From an uncultured virus (IMG/VR IMGVR_UViG_3300037091_000258) (Duplodnaviria; Heunggongvirae; Uroviricota; Caudoviricetes), in IMG/VR virus record IMGVR_UViG_3300037091_000258: a stretch of 20,000 bases of DNA; one strand, 5' to 3'. Numbering within the stretch: position 1 is the first letter of the stretch; each line of letters opens with the position of its first letter. The notes under the pieces are model-generated. The model had not been told where the DNA came from. It did not search any database and saw nothing but the letters and a program-made list of their open reading frames with translations. The translations under genes and the position numbers were made by a program. Positions 1 to 8,325 of the stretch are shown one piece after another.

Positions 1-31
1 TTATTATTATGAACTACATAGAGAAGAAATA

Positions 32-574
32 TTGAAAAGCCGTAAAGTCTACTACGCAAAAAATAAGACAGCAAAATTAGAATATCAAAATGAATACATA
101 AAACAACCGGACGTGATAATAAAACGTAAAGAATATATGAAGAAACGTAGAAAAACGAAGTCCTATAAAGACAACCATTATATAAGCCATAAAAAATATA
201 GACAGACTGATAGTTATAAAGTTCATCTTGAAGCTCGAAATAAAAAATACAGCCAAGACCCAAAATTTAGATTGAATCATAGTATGAGTGTTGCAATAGG
301 TGATGCTCTGACCAAGAATAAAAATGGTAGACATTGGGAAGATTTAGTGGGCTACAAGATGCCTGAACTAAAACAGCATTTAGAAAATTTATGGTCATCA
401 GGGATGTCTTGGAATAATTATGGTAAAAACGGTTGGGTCATAGATCACATTATACCCAGAAAGTTATGGGAGTATAAATCATCTAACGACATTGAATTCA
501 AGCAATGTTGGTGCTTAGCCAATTTACAGCCATTATGGGAAATAGACAACATAAAGAAAGGTGATGCCTGTTAA
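32..574 (+). CDS. HNH-type homing endonuclease (basic N-terminal arm, C-terminal HNH-like domain)
   Basis: K/R/Y-rich N-terminus, then ELKQHLE...MSWNNYG...WVIDHIIP...CWCLANLQPLW..DN, typical of a phage/giant-virus HNH family. The TTG start is uncertain. Confidence 0.8.
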   Translation: MKSRKVYYAKNKTAKLEYQNEYIKQPDVIIKRKEYMKKRRKTKSYKDNHYISHKKYRQTDSYKVHLEARNKKYSQDPKFRLNHSMSVAIGDALTKNKNGRHWEDLVGYKMPELKQHLENLWSSGMSWNNYGKNGWVIDHIIPRKLWEYKSSNDIEFKQCWCLANLQPLWEIDNIKKGDAC

Positions 575-592
575 TTTCGATATAAAAACAGT

Positions 593-599
593 AAGATAA
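593..599 (+). promoter_or_regulatory. AAGATAA motif, candidate phage promoter element
   Basis: Intergenic AAGATAA upstream of the head-gene cluster; the same 7-mer recurs in five other intergenic gaps. Confidence 0.45.
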
Positions 600-636
600 C
601 TTAAAGTTGAATACTGAACAGAATAGGAGAACGAAT

Positions 637-948
637 ATGGGTATGACGTTACACAACTTCTTCCAGGAGCTGAATTACGTGTTGGACGAGCAACACTCTG
701 AGTATATACATAATCTTACTGAAGTAAATTTGAAGCTTCTGACTAAGAGAGTTTACGAAAACTCGGAACTGGTAAGAAACGAGATCAACCGCCAGGTAAA
801 GCTAACCAAGTATGCTAACCTTCAAGAAGTTATGCAGAGCCTTGATAAAGAAGAAGCAGCTAAGTTTGTTACTTGGATGGGTGAGAACATCTTTGGCGCT
901 AACCAAATAATTATTGAAGAACTAGAAAAAATCCTAGTAAAAGGTTAA
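637..948 (+). CDS. Small hypothetical protein, putative internal head protein (L-x-E motif family)
   Basis: ATG 637 follows AGGAG (625-629) and is preferred over TTG 607. N-terminal LHNFFQELNYVLDE motif is shared with neighbours. Confidence 0.65.
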   Translation: MGMTLHNFFQELNYVLDEQHSEYIHNLTEVNLKLLTKRVYENSELVRNEINRQVKLTKYANLQEVMQSLDKEEAAKFVTWMGENIFGANQIIIEELEKILVKG

Positions 949-1164
949 ATGACGGACCTAACTGGATTAGTGTCTAACTTAAGCAACGAACTTGGTGAAG
1001 CATCTGAAGAAAAACCGCCGGCAAAATTAGTTTTAACGGCTAAAAAAATAGTGACATCAGTTCTAAGCAATCCAGATTTTAGGATGACTACTAGCGATAA
1101 AAAGCTAGAGAAACTCGTTGAAAATTATATCAAAAAGCTAGAAGCTTATTTAAAAACTCTTTAG
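949..1164 (+). CDS. Small hypothetical protein, putative internal head protein; paralog of 1420-1656
   Basis: Abuts the previous stop. Carries LTGLVSNLSNELGE, and its C-terminal YIKKLEAYLKTL matches YIKKLKTYLGAL of 1420-1656. Confidence 0.65.
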   Translation: MTDLTGLVSNLSNELGEASEEKPPAKLVLTAKKIVTSVLSNPDFRMTTSDKKLEKLVENYIKKLEAYLKTL

Positions 1165-1179
1165 AGCGAGGGATCTATA

Positions 1180-1413
1180 ATGACAAAGAAATGCAAAGGC
1201 TGTGGCACTAAAATGTATAATGATGAAAAGTATTGCAAGAAATGTGCCAAGGGCAAATTAAAAGAACAGCTTGAATTGAATACTTTCTTGGCCACCTTAA
1301 ACAAAGACTTAGAAGAAAATAAGGATTGCCTCGTGAAAGACGGCAAGAAGGGTATGGCAAAAGGTAAGAAAGTTAAGATGTTGGGCGGCAAGAAACCGAT
1401 TGCCGGATATTAA
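1180..1413 (+). CDS. Small zinc-ribbon protein (CxxC...CxxC) with L-x-E motif and basic tail
   Basis: CKGC...CKKC, then LNTFLATLNKDLEE and a K/G-rich C-terminus; GAGGGA RBS-like sequence upstream. Confidence 0.65.
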   Translation: MTKKCKGCGTKMYNDEKYCKKCAKGKLKEQLELNTFLATLNKDLEENKDCLVKDGKKGMAKGKKVKMLGGKKPIAGY

Positions 1414-1419
1414 AACTAA

Positions 1420-1656
1420 ATGGTAGATTTAGATAAGTTCGTACTTGATTTAAATAACGAACTAAATGAAAAATTTGATTTGGCTACTACAAAAAAACCA
1501 GCAATGGTCAAAGTGGCCAAAATATTTTTAGATAACGTACTAACCAGCACATTAGAAAATATACAAGGGCACCGATATCACCATATGGGCCAGGAAGAAG
1601 CTAAAGTAACTACTGACTATATTAAAAAATTGAAAACTTATCTAGGCGCTCTATAA
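1420..1656 (+). CDS. Small hypothetical protein, putative internal head protein; paralog of 949-1164
   Basis: LDKFVLDLNNELNE motif and a C-terminus similar to 949-1164. Confidence 0.65.
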   Translation: MVDLDKFVLDLNNELNEKFDLATTKKPAMVKVAKIFLDNVLTSTLENIQGHRYHHMGQEEAKVTTDYIKKLKTYLGAL

Positions 1657-1663
1657 AGGATTT

Positions 1664-1999
1664 ATGAGTCGGACTACAGAGCTAATAGAATACAGAAAAC
1701 AAAAGCACTGGAAACAATTAAAGAAACTATACTCTAATGTGGGTTGTGAGCTTTGTGGAGCTAAAAGAAAAAAAGGCCGCGCCTTCGTAATACATCATCA
1801 GCATTATAATTCTTTAAACAACGAACAGCGTGAGGATTTGCAAATTCTTTGCCGCCGTTGCCACAACATGTGTCATGATATTATTAAGATGAAAGATGGA
1901 TCTGATTTTGTGGCAGGTCTAAAAGACTATGTCAGAAAATATTTTATATACTGCGATACCAAGAAAAGTGTTAATATAATTAGCGAGGTGAAAATATAA
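1664..1999 (+). CDS. HNH endonuclease (Zn-binding)
   Basis: CELCG...VIHHQHY...EQREDLQILCRRCHNMCH; AAGGA RBS upstream. Confidence 0.85.
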   Translation: MSRTTELIEYRKQKHWKQLKKLYSNVGCELCGAKRKKGRAFVIHHQHYNSLNNEQREDLQILCRRCHNMCHDIIKMKDGSDFVAGLKDYVRKYFIYCDTKKSVNIISEVKI

Positions 2000-2569
2000 A
2001 TGGTTGGTATAATCTATTTAGCAACTAATCAGGTTAATGGGAAAGTATACGTGGGGCAAACCATCAAAACGCTCACTTGGAGAAAGGGCAAACACTATAA
2101 CAGATTATCTGACGATGACAATGCTCATTTTCATAACGCTTTGAGAAAATACAAAAGAACAGATTGGACTTGGGAAATTTTAGAAGAAGTTATTAGTGAT
2201 ACCAAAAAAGAAGCTAAAGAAATTTTGACTAAATACGAAAAATATTATATAAAAGTATTAGATTCTAAAAATCGATTAATTGGCTATAACGGCACAGTGG
2301 GTGGCGACGGAGTCGTAGACCCTTCTGAAGACGTTAGATATAGTATGGGAAAATCTTGGAGAGGTAAGCGATTACCCAACGATATGAAAAAACTCATGAG
2401 CGAATCGCACAAAGGAAAACCATGTCCTGAAAGTGCAAAAATAAAAATAGGTAACGCTTTACGAGGAAAATCAAATTGGTGGAAAGATCGGCCCAAATCA
2501 ATTGAGCAAAAAGAAAAAATGAGACAATCAGCTCTTAAGCGTTATACAACAGTTAAGGAGATAATATAA
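2000..2569 (+). CDS. GIY-YIG homing endonuclease (Seg-like) with NUMOD3-type DNA-binding repeats
   Basis: GIIY...VYVGQT...R...H, YEKYYI, GYNGTVGGDG, then MSESHKGK / KIGNALRGK / KMRQSALKR repeats; GAGGTG RBS. Confidence 0.9.
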   Translation: MVGIIYLATNQVNGKVYVGQTIKTLTWRKGKHYNRLSDDDNAHFHNALRKYKRTDWTWEILEEVISDTKKEAKEILTKYEKYYIKVLDSKNRLIGYNGTVGGDGVVDPSEDVRYSMGKSWRGKRLPNDMKKLMSESHKGKPCPESAKIKIGNALRGKSNWWKDRPKSIEQKEKMRQSALKRYTTVKEII

Positions 2570-2570
2570 A

Positions 2571-4946
2571 GTGGATCGAAACAGGGAGATACAAAAGAAA
2601 AGCGAAATTATCCAGTCCTATTTCAACAAACTTGGAATCTCCAAGATTCGAGATTTAGCAACTATTGATCCTAATAAAAATAACGATGCTTTTCAGGCCT
2701 TTGGATCTTATCGAACAAATGTCGAATCATTTACTTCAATAGATCAAAGTAGAATGATGCGATATAGACAATATGAGCAGATGTGTATAACTCTAGATAC
2801 TAAAATCGATTTATTAGATGGTAGATCAATTTCGCTTTCAGATTTAATAAAAGAATATGAGGCTGGTAAAGAAAACTGGACATATTCAATAGACACTAAC
2901 AATGGTAACAAAGCAGTTTCAGGTAAGATTGAGTGGGCAGGAATAACAAGAAAAAACGTTGAGTTGGTTGAAGTTTTTATAGACAATAAATCAATTCGTT
3001 GCACTCCTGATCATAAATTCATGTTAGATGATGGTACTTACAAAGAAGCCAAAGATTTACAACCCAACGAACTTCTAATGTCGAAAGACCAAAATCATAG
3101 AGTAATAAAAGTTGAAGAACTTAGCGTTACAGAAGATACTGGCTGTATTACAGTAGCTGAATATCACAACTTTAGTGTATTAGACTCTATATACATAAAA
3201 AATTGTTATGTTCCAGAACTAAACGGTGGTATAGAGCTTTATGCTGATGATAGCTCTTTATATAACGAACAAGACAAGACTATAAACATAGAATCAGATA
3301 ATCAAGAAGTAGTAGACGCTTTAGACAATTTATTTTTTAAATCGCTAGATCTTAATTCAGTGTTATGGCACATCGTATATAACACTTGTAAATATGGTGA
3401 TTCATTCTACGAAGTAATTCCTGACAACTTTAAGAACCCCAGACGAATAAAATATTTAAGATTCATACCTCCTCAATTTGTTGGACGAAAAGAAAGAGAC
3501 GGAAACTTACTAGAGTTCATAGTAAAAGTTCCAGAAGATGTGACGGTGGGATCGACAAGTTTTACATCTACGCAATCTCAAGAAATAAGTCTTAAACCTT
3601 GGCAAATAGTTCACTTCAAGCTGGATGACAAAGAGTTTGAACCCTATGGTAAATCAGTATTGGAGCCTGGACGTTTAGCATTCAAACAAATGAAATTGAT
3701 AGAAGACGCAATGCTAATTTATAGGATCTCAAGGGCGCCTGAGAGGAGGGTTTTTAACATACCAGTTGGTAATTTGCCATATAGAGAATCAATGGCAAGA
3801 GTAGCTGACTTCCAGCAGAGGTATAGGAAAACTCCTTGGATAGACCCTCAAACTGGAGAAATAAGCTATAAAGAGAATCCCTTAAGTATTAACGATGACT
3901 TCTTCCTACCTAAGAGACCAGATGGCTCAGGAGTAACTATTGAATATCTACCTGGTGGCCAACAATTAGGTGAGATTGACGACGTTCGGTATTTCAAAGA
4001 AAAAATCCTACGAACCATGAGAATTCCCATAGCTTATTTGACTGGGGAGCTAACAGGTGATGTAGCTAAGACTTCTTTGGCTGCAATGGACGTAAGATTT
4101 GCTAAAACTATTGAAAGAGTTCAAAAACAAATATTACGTGGTCTAGAAAAACTGGCCACTATTGAATTAGCTTTTAAGAGATTTAGCTTAGATGACCTAC
4201 AATCATTTGTGCTTAAACTAACTCCTGCTTCGAAAATTTATGAATTACAGAACTTGGAAATGATGACACAAAGAATTAATGTCATACAAGCTGCCATGAA
4301 TTTGAAGGACGAAGCGGGTAATTTATACCTACCTACCGAGTGGATGTACAAGAATATTAGTAAATTCACAGACCAAGAAATATCTGTTATCAAACTAATG
4401 CAACAATCTGAAGCTGCTCACAAGGCGGAGATCGCCGCAGCAGCGGCTCAAGCTACAGCAGGGGCAGAAGGCGGCGGAGCACCTGGCGGTGGTTTAACTA
4501 CAGAAGTACCAGGTGGTGGATTAGGTGGCGGAGCACCTGGTGGTGGATTAGAGGCTGGAGCTTTACCAGGAGCTGAAGCAGGCGCTGTACCTCCTGGTGG
4601 AGAAATCGCTCCTGCTCCAGGGGCCGCAGGAGTCGGTGGACCGGCCCCCGAGAATACCCCCGCTCCTACAGGTGGAGGTGCTGAATTGGCAGTAGCTGGA
4701 CAAATACTAAATATAGCGAGTGAACAGTTCTTACTTGAAAATGAGAATGATATTAAGAAACTGATAAAATATGTGAAAGAGCAGCAAGAAAATCAAAAGA
4801 TAACTAAAGATAAATCTGTAACTAAAGTCAGAGGAAAAATGTACGAAAACCATTTCAACCAACTCTTTATTGCTGGCGAACTCAAAGGATTGATTCGACG
4901 CAAAAATGGAGAGAACAATAACAAAAAGGAAATGTTAGAGGACTAG
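2571..4946 (+). CDS. gp20: T4-like portal vertex protein containing a mini-intein
   Basis: YGKSVLEP, KQMKLIEDAMLIYRISRAPERRVFNIPVGNLP, DDFFLPKR, LPGGQQLGEIDDVRYF, DVRFAKTIERVQ are hallmark gp20 motifs. GTG start with AAGGAG RBS. Confidence 0.95.
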   Translation: MDRNREIQKKSEIIQSYFNKLGISKIRDLATIDPNKNNDAFQAFGSYRTNVESFTSIDQSRMMRYRQYEQMCITLDTKIDLLDGRSISLSDLIKEYEAGKENWTYSIDTNNGNKAVSGKIEWAGITRKNVELVEVFIDNKSIRCTPDHKFMLDDGTYKEAKDLQPNELLMSKDQNHRVIKVEELSVTEDTGCITVAEYHNFSVLDSIYIKNCYVPELNGGIELYADDSSLYNEQDKTINIESDNQEVVDALDNLFFKSLDLNSVLWHIVYNTCKYGDSFYEVIPDNFKNPRRIKYLRFIPPQFVGRKERDGNLLEFIVKVPEDVTVGSTSFTSTQSQEISLKPWQIVHFKLDDKEFEPYGKSVLEPGRLAFKQMKLIEDAMLIYRISRAPERRVFNIPVGNLPYRESMARVADFQQRYRKTPWIDPQTGEISYKENPLSINDDFFLPKRPDGSGVTIEYLPGGQQLGEIDDVRYFKEKILRTMRIPIAYLTGELTGDVAKTSLAAMDVRFAKTIERVQKQILRGLEKLATIELAFKRFSLDDLQSFVLKLTPASKIYELQNLEMMTQRINVIQAAMNLKDEAGNLYLPTEWMYKNISKFTDQEISVIKLMQQSEAAHKAEIAAAAAQATAGAEGGGAPGGGLTTEVPGGGLGGGAPGGGLEAGALPGAEAGAVPPGGEIAPAPGAAGVGGPAPENTPAPTGGGAELAVAGQILNIASEQFLLENENDIKKLIKYVKEQQENQKITKDKSVTKVRGKMYENHFNQLFIAGELKGLIRRKNGENNNKKEMLED
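2784..3203 (+). mobile_element. Mini-intein (140 aa, no homing endonuclease domain) in the portal gene
   Basis: Block A CITLDTKI, block B IRCTPDHKF, block F DTGCITVAEYHNF, terminal KN followed by +1 Cys. Removal rejoins YRQYEQM-CYVPEL as continuous portal sequence. Confidence 0.92.
4473..4550 (+). repeat. Imperfect direct repeat encoding GGAPGGGL in the low-complexity portal tail
   Basis: ggcggagcacctggcggtggttta (4473-4496) and ggcggagcacctggtggtggatta (4527-4550). Confidence 0.75.
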
Positions 4947-4959
4947 GAGGAAGGTCTCA

Positions 4960-6216
4960 ATGGAATTTACATACAGTGATATTCGAATGGCTATGGCAGG
5001 CAACAATGAGAACGTAGCTAAATTAATAAAACAAAAGATAGCTGAGTCAGAGAACGCTGCCGTCGCTCTCGTTTTTGATGATAAATTGATTGTGTTAGAC
5101 GAAGAGAATGATAAGTTCTACTCTGTTGATTACGCAATCGAAAGCGTCAACAAGCACGAGAAAGCTCTACTCTTGAAGACCTGGGAGCCGATCAATTTCA
5201 TAGCTGATAATGAGTCAAGACTCGATCAGTTAGCCGAAGAGTTCTTCGATCCCACGTCGCAAAAAGAGATAACAGTTGGCAAACTGGTGGAAGCTTTTAA
5301 AATGAAATTTGCCGATGAGCCCCTAAAGAGGCTCTTAAACAGAACCTCCTGCGAAAAGAAAGTAATGCAGGAATCTGTAGAAAAGATAAAGGCTCTGAAG
5401 GAAATCAGAGATGTAAGAGAGTATTTTACTGACGACATTATAGACATCATTGAAGACCCTAAGATTGGGTCACTATATATTAGAATCAGTGAGAATGCCC
5501 CCGTACAAAGCACCGTTTCTAAAATCGATTTCAAATCACCTATATCCGTTTCACTATTTAGTGAATCATCTGGTAAGGTCGTTAATATGTCTGAGGCTAA
5601 GAAGATGAAGAAGAGATCGATGAATGTAAAACAGAAGGTCATGAATTCAACTTGGACCTCTGAGTCATTCAAAGATGATTTCAAGAGCTTCCTAAACGAA
5701 CTAGCAGAAGCCGATGACGCAAAGAAGGTCATGGATAATTTTATAAAGCAACACGTTGAGATTACTATTCTAGAAGCTGACGAACTTGAGGATCTAATCC
5801 TAAAGACAGCCTTGATGATTGGTGAGAGTCAGAAAGCCGATTCAGTAGTTGAATTATTCAAAGAGTATTACACGTTGGATGAGTTCCAGGCTCTAAAAGA
5901 TGAATTCATAACTAGAAATAATATCACAGCTGATGGAACAATGACTACCGAAGAGCCAATTGATGAAGAAGAAGAGGAAGATAAATCAGCTAAAGAAACT
6001 GCTATTGACGAAGATTCAATAAACAAGATTCTAAAAGTCCTCAACAAGATTAGTGAAAACTTAAAAGAGAAGACTTTGGAATTCAGATATACAAAGGGAT
6101 TTATCTCCGCTCTAGAAGATGCTAAGGTCGGATCCATCTCAGAGGGTAAACTTAAAGAAATCCTAGACTTCTTGACTGCAATATACGAAGAGGCCAAATC
6201 CGAACAGGAGGACTAA
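4960..6216 (+). CDS. Acidic helical protein, putative prohead core/assembly protein
   Basis: 418-aa E/D/K-rich ORF between portal and protease (the T4 gp67/gp68 position) with AGGAGG RBS. Function inferred from position only. Confidence 0.55.
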   Translation: MEFTYSDIRMAMAGNNENVAKLIKQKIAESENAAVALVFDDKLIVLDEENDKFYSVDYAIESVNKHEKALLLKTWEPINFIADNESRLDQLAEEFFDPTSQKEITVGKLVEAFKMKFADEPLKRLLNRTSCEKKVMQESVEKIKALKEIRDVREYFTDDIIDIIEDPKIGSLYIRISENAPVQSTVSKIDFKSPISVSLFSESSGKVVNMSEAKKMKKRSMNVKQKVMNSTWTSESFKDDFKSFLNELAEADDAKKVMDNFIKQHVEITILEADELEDLILKTALMIGESQKADSVVELFKEYYTLDEFQALKDEFITRNNITADGTMTTEEPIDEEEEEDKSAKETAIDEDSINKILKVLNKISENLKEKTLEFRYTKGFISALEDAKVGSISEGKLKEILDFLTAIYEEAKSEQED

Positions 6217-6217
6217 T

Positions 6218-6697
6218 ATGTCATTTGACAAAACTAGGGCCAGAGCCACACTAGAAGAACTTCTAGATCTTGCTGGTGTACCTCAACCGGAACTCTTCGA
6301 AAATCGCGATCAGCAACAAGAAGAAATTGAAGCTGATTATATTGAAGAAGATTTAAGTGAGGCTGATGATGCTGAGCCAGGCGAAGAACCTGACGAAGAC
6401 GAACCTGAAGCCGAAACTATGAAACCGCCTAAGGGTAAGAAAGAAGAAAGACCTGATGAAGAAGAACCCGAAGAGGGCGAAGAGGAACCCGACGATAAAG
6501 AAATTCATGATACTTGGAAAGTATCAATCAAAACGGGTGGACCTTTCAAGTTTGATATGTACGAAAATTATTTTTATATTTGGTATAGAAGCAAAAAGAG
6601 CGAACGAATAGATATACCACCTAAGTTCAAAGCTTTCCGCAAAGAAATGGCTAAACTCTTTAATAAAATTATGACGTACGTCGAGAAGGCAAGCTAA
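6218..6697 (+). CDS. Highly acidic putative prohead core protein
   Basis: E/D/P-rich middle; N-terminal LEELLDLAGV matches the scaffold C-terminus; lies between portal and protease. Confidence 0.55.
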   Translation: MSFDKTRARATLEELLDLAGVPQPELFENRDQQQEEIEADYIEEDLSEADDAEPGEEPDEDEPEAETMKPPKGKKEERPDEEEPEEGEEEPDDKEIHDTWKVSIKTGGPFKFDMYENYFYIWYRSKKSERIDIPPKFKAFRKEMAKLFNKIMTYVEKAS

Positions 6698-6698
6698 A

Positions 6699-7337
6699 AT
6701 GGAAGAAAAAAATTTACTTACCGAATTTCAGGATTTCACTTACCAAGTAATCACTGAAGACAGAGAAGGCGGCGGACCTAAGAAAACTATGCTAAAAGGA
6801 TTATTCCAACATGGTGATATTAGAAATGGTAATGGTCGAATGTATCCGAGACCTATTCTCGAAAGAGAAATAAATAAAAATATAGAAAAAGTAAAGACTA
6901 GAAATATGTTAGGCGAATTGGACCATCCTACGGAAGGAAAGATTCACTTAGACAAAGTATCTCATGTCATTACTGAACTTAATATACAGACTGATGGCCG
7001 TGTAATGGGTTCACTAGAAGTATTTGATGGACCGGATGAAGTTGGTGGAACACCTAAGGGTAGAATTCTTGGTTCATTAATTAGGAGAAATATCAAACTT
7101 GGTATCTCTTCTAGAGGCTTTGGTACTACAAAAGAATCTGGTGACGTTAACGAAGTACAGGACGATTTCAGACTTATAACGTTTGATATAGTCGCTGATC
7201 CTTCAACACCGGGTGCATATCCATCTGCAGTATATGAAGAAAAGAGTGTAGAGAGTTGGATGAGTGAACCACTACCACCACCTCCAACTAAGCCTTTTTC
7301 AGAAGTACTAAAAGAAAGTTTAGTTTTAGATAATTAG
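6699..7337 (+). CDS. gp21: T4-like prohead core protease
   Basis: LKGLFQ, NGNGRMYP, LGELDHP, GTPKGRIL, LGISSRGFG, FDIVADPSTPGAY: His/Ser/Asp motifs of gp21. Confidence 0.95.
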   Translation: MEEKNLLTEFQDFTYQVITEDREGGGPKKTMLKGLFQHGDIRNGNGRMYPRPILEREINKNIEKVKTRNMLGELDHPTEGKIHLDKVSHVITELNIQTDGRVMGSLEVFDGPDEVGGTPKGRILGSLIRRNIKLGISSRGFGTTKESGDVNEVQDDFRLITFDIVADPSTPGAYPSAVYEEKSVESWMSEPLPPPPTKPFSEVLKESLVLDN

Positions 7338-7351
7338 GAGGTTAGTTTTTC

Positions 7352-8296
7352 ATGAATATATTGAGTGAGATTGAGCTTAATGAAAGGCAAGTCAAGGCCT
7401 TTAATGAAGAACTCAACAGATGGAAGGAAAAGAAGACTACCCAGATAGCTGAGGAAGTTAAGACACAACTCCAGGCTGAGTTCGATGTTAAGGCACGAGA
7501 GGCCGAAGAAGAGAAAGAGAATTTCAAAAGAGAACAAGAAGACTTAGTAGAAGAAATCAAAACCAAGATGCAGAAAGTTATGGTGAAGAGATTCACCTCT
7601 GCTCTCCAGAGCATGTACGAAGAACTTAAAGTTGAAGCTAGAAAAGATGTACTCGGTGACCCGAGGATTGTAGCCCTTGAAGAAATTAAGAACGTTGTAT
7701 ATCCATTAATGGATGAGACCGTTACCAAGGGATATGTAGATGAACTTGCTAGAGCTCTACAGATGATCGAGTCTAAGGAAGATGAGGTTGATAGACTGAA
7801 GGCCAAGCTAAAGCTAAAGGAGATTACATCCGCACTATCTCCAGTAGTTGCCGAAGCTGTTGAAGCTTTCGTTGGTGATGCCGCTTCCGAAGAAGAAGTC
7901 GTAGAGAAATACTCCAGACTAAAGAGCCTTGTAAACGAGGCAACTTATTCCGATATCGCCGAAGCCAAGAAGAAGGACAAGGACGACGAGGAAGAGGAAG
8001 AAGAGGAAGAAGAACCTTCCGAAGAAGAAGAGGACGACTCTGAGGAACACGAAGAGGGCGAGTCCGAAGAAGAGGAAGAGGAAGAACATAAGGGAAAGAA
8101 AGGAAAGAAGGGAAAGAAAGGAAAGAAAGACGACGAGGAAGAAGAGGAAGAGCCTGAGGAAGAAGAACCAGAAATGGAAGAGGAGGAGCTAGAAATCCGC
8201 CCATCCGTTCACTACGAGAAGAATGATTCTGACGAGACCAAGCAGAGATATGTAAATGAGCTTAATGAAATGCTAGATCTCGCTGGTATTAAGTAA
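7352..8296 (+). CDS. Prohead scaffold protein (gp22-like)
   Basis: Coiled-coil E/K-rich protein between protease and major capsid protein; poly-Glu tract; C-terminal LNEMLDLAGIK; AGGAGG RBS. Confidence 0.75.
   Translation: MNILSEIELNERQVKAFNEELNRWKEKKTTQIAEEVKTQLQAEFDVKAREAEEEKENFKREQEDLVEEIKTKMQKVMVKRFTSALQSMYEELKVEARKDVLGDPRIVALEEIKNVVYPLMDETVTKGYVDELARALQMIESKEDEVDRLKAKLKLKEITSALSPVVAEAVEAFVGDAASEEEVVEKYSRLKSLVNEATYSDIAEAKKKDKDDEEEEEEEEEPSEEEEDDSEEHEEGESEEEEEEEHKGKKGKKGKKGKKDDEEEEEEPEEEEPEMEEEELEIRPSVHYEKNDSDETKQRYVNELNEMLDLAGIK
8093..8128 (+). repeat. 9-bp tandem repeat x4 encoding (GKK)4
   Basis: ggaaagaaa ggaaagaag ggaaagaaa ggaaagaaa, embedded in the poly-acidic region of the scaffold. 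Confidence 0.85.
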
Positions 8297-8325
8297 AGCA
8301 ATTAGAACACTTTTGGAGGTAAATA

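Noticed and set aside
1975..1980. TATAAT as a sigma70 promoter for the GIY-YIG gene
   Set aside because: No convincing -35 element and the context is AT-rich; insufficient support.
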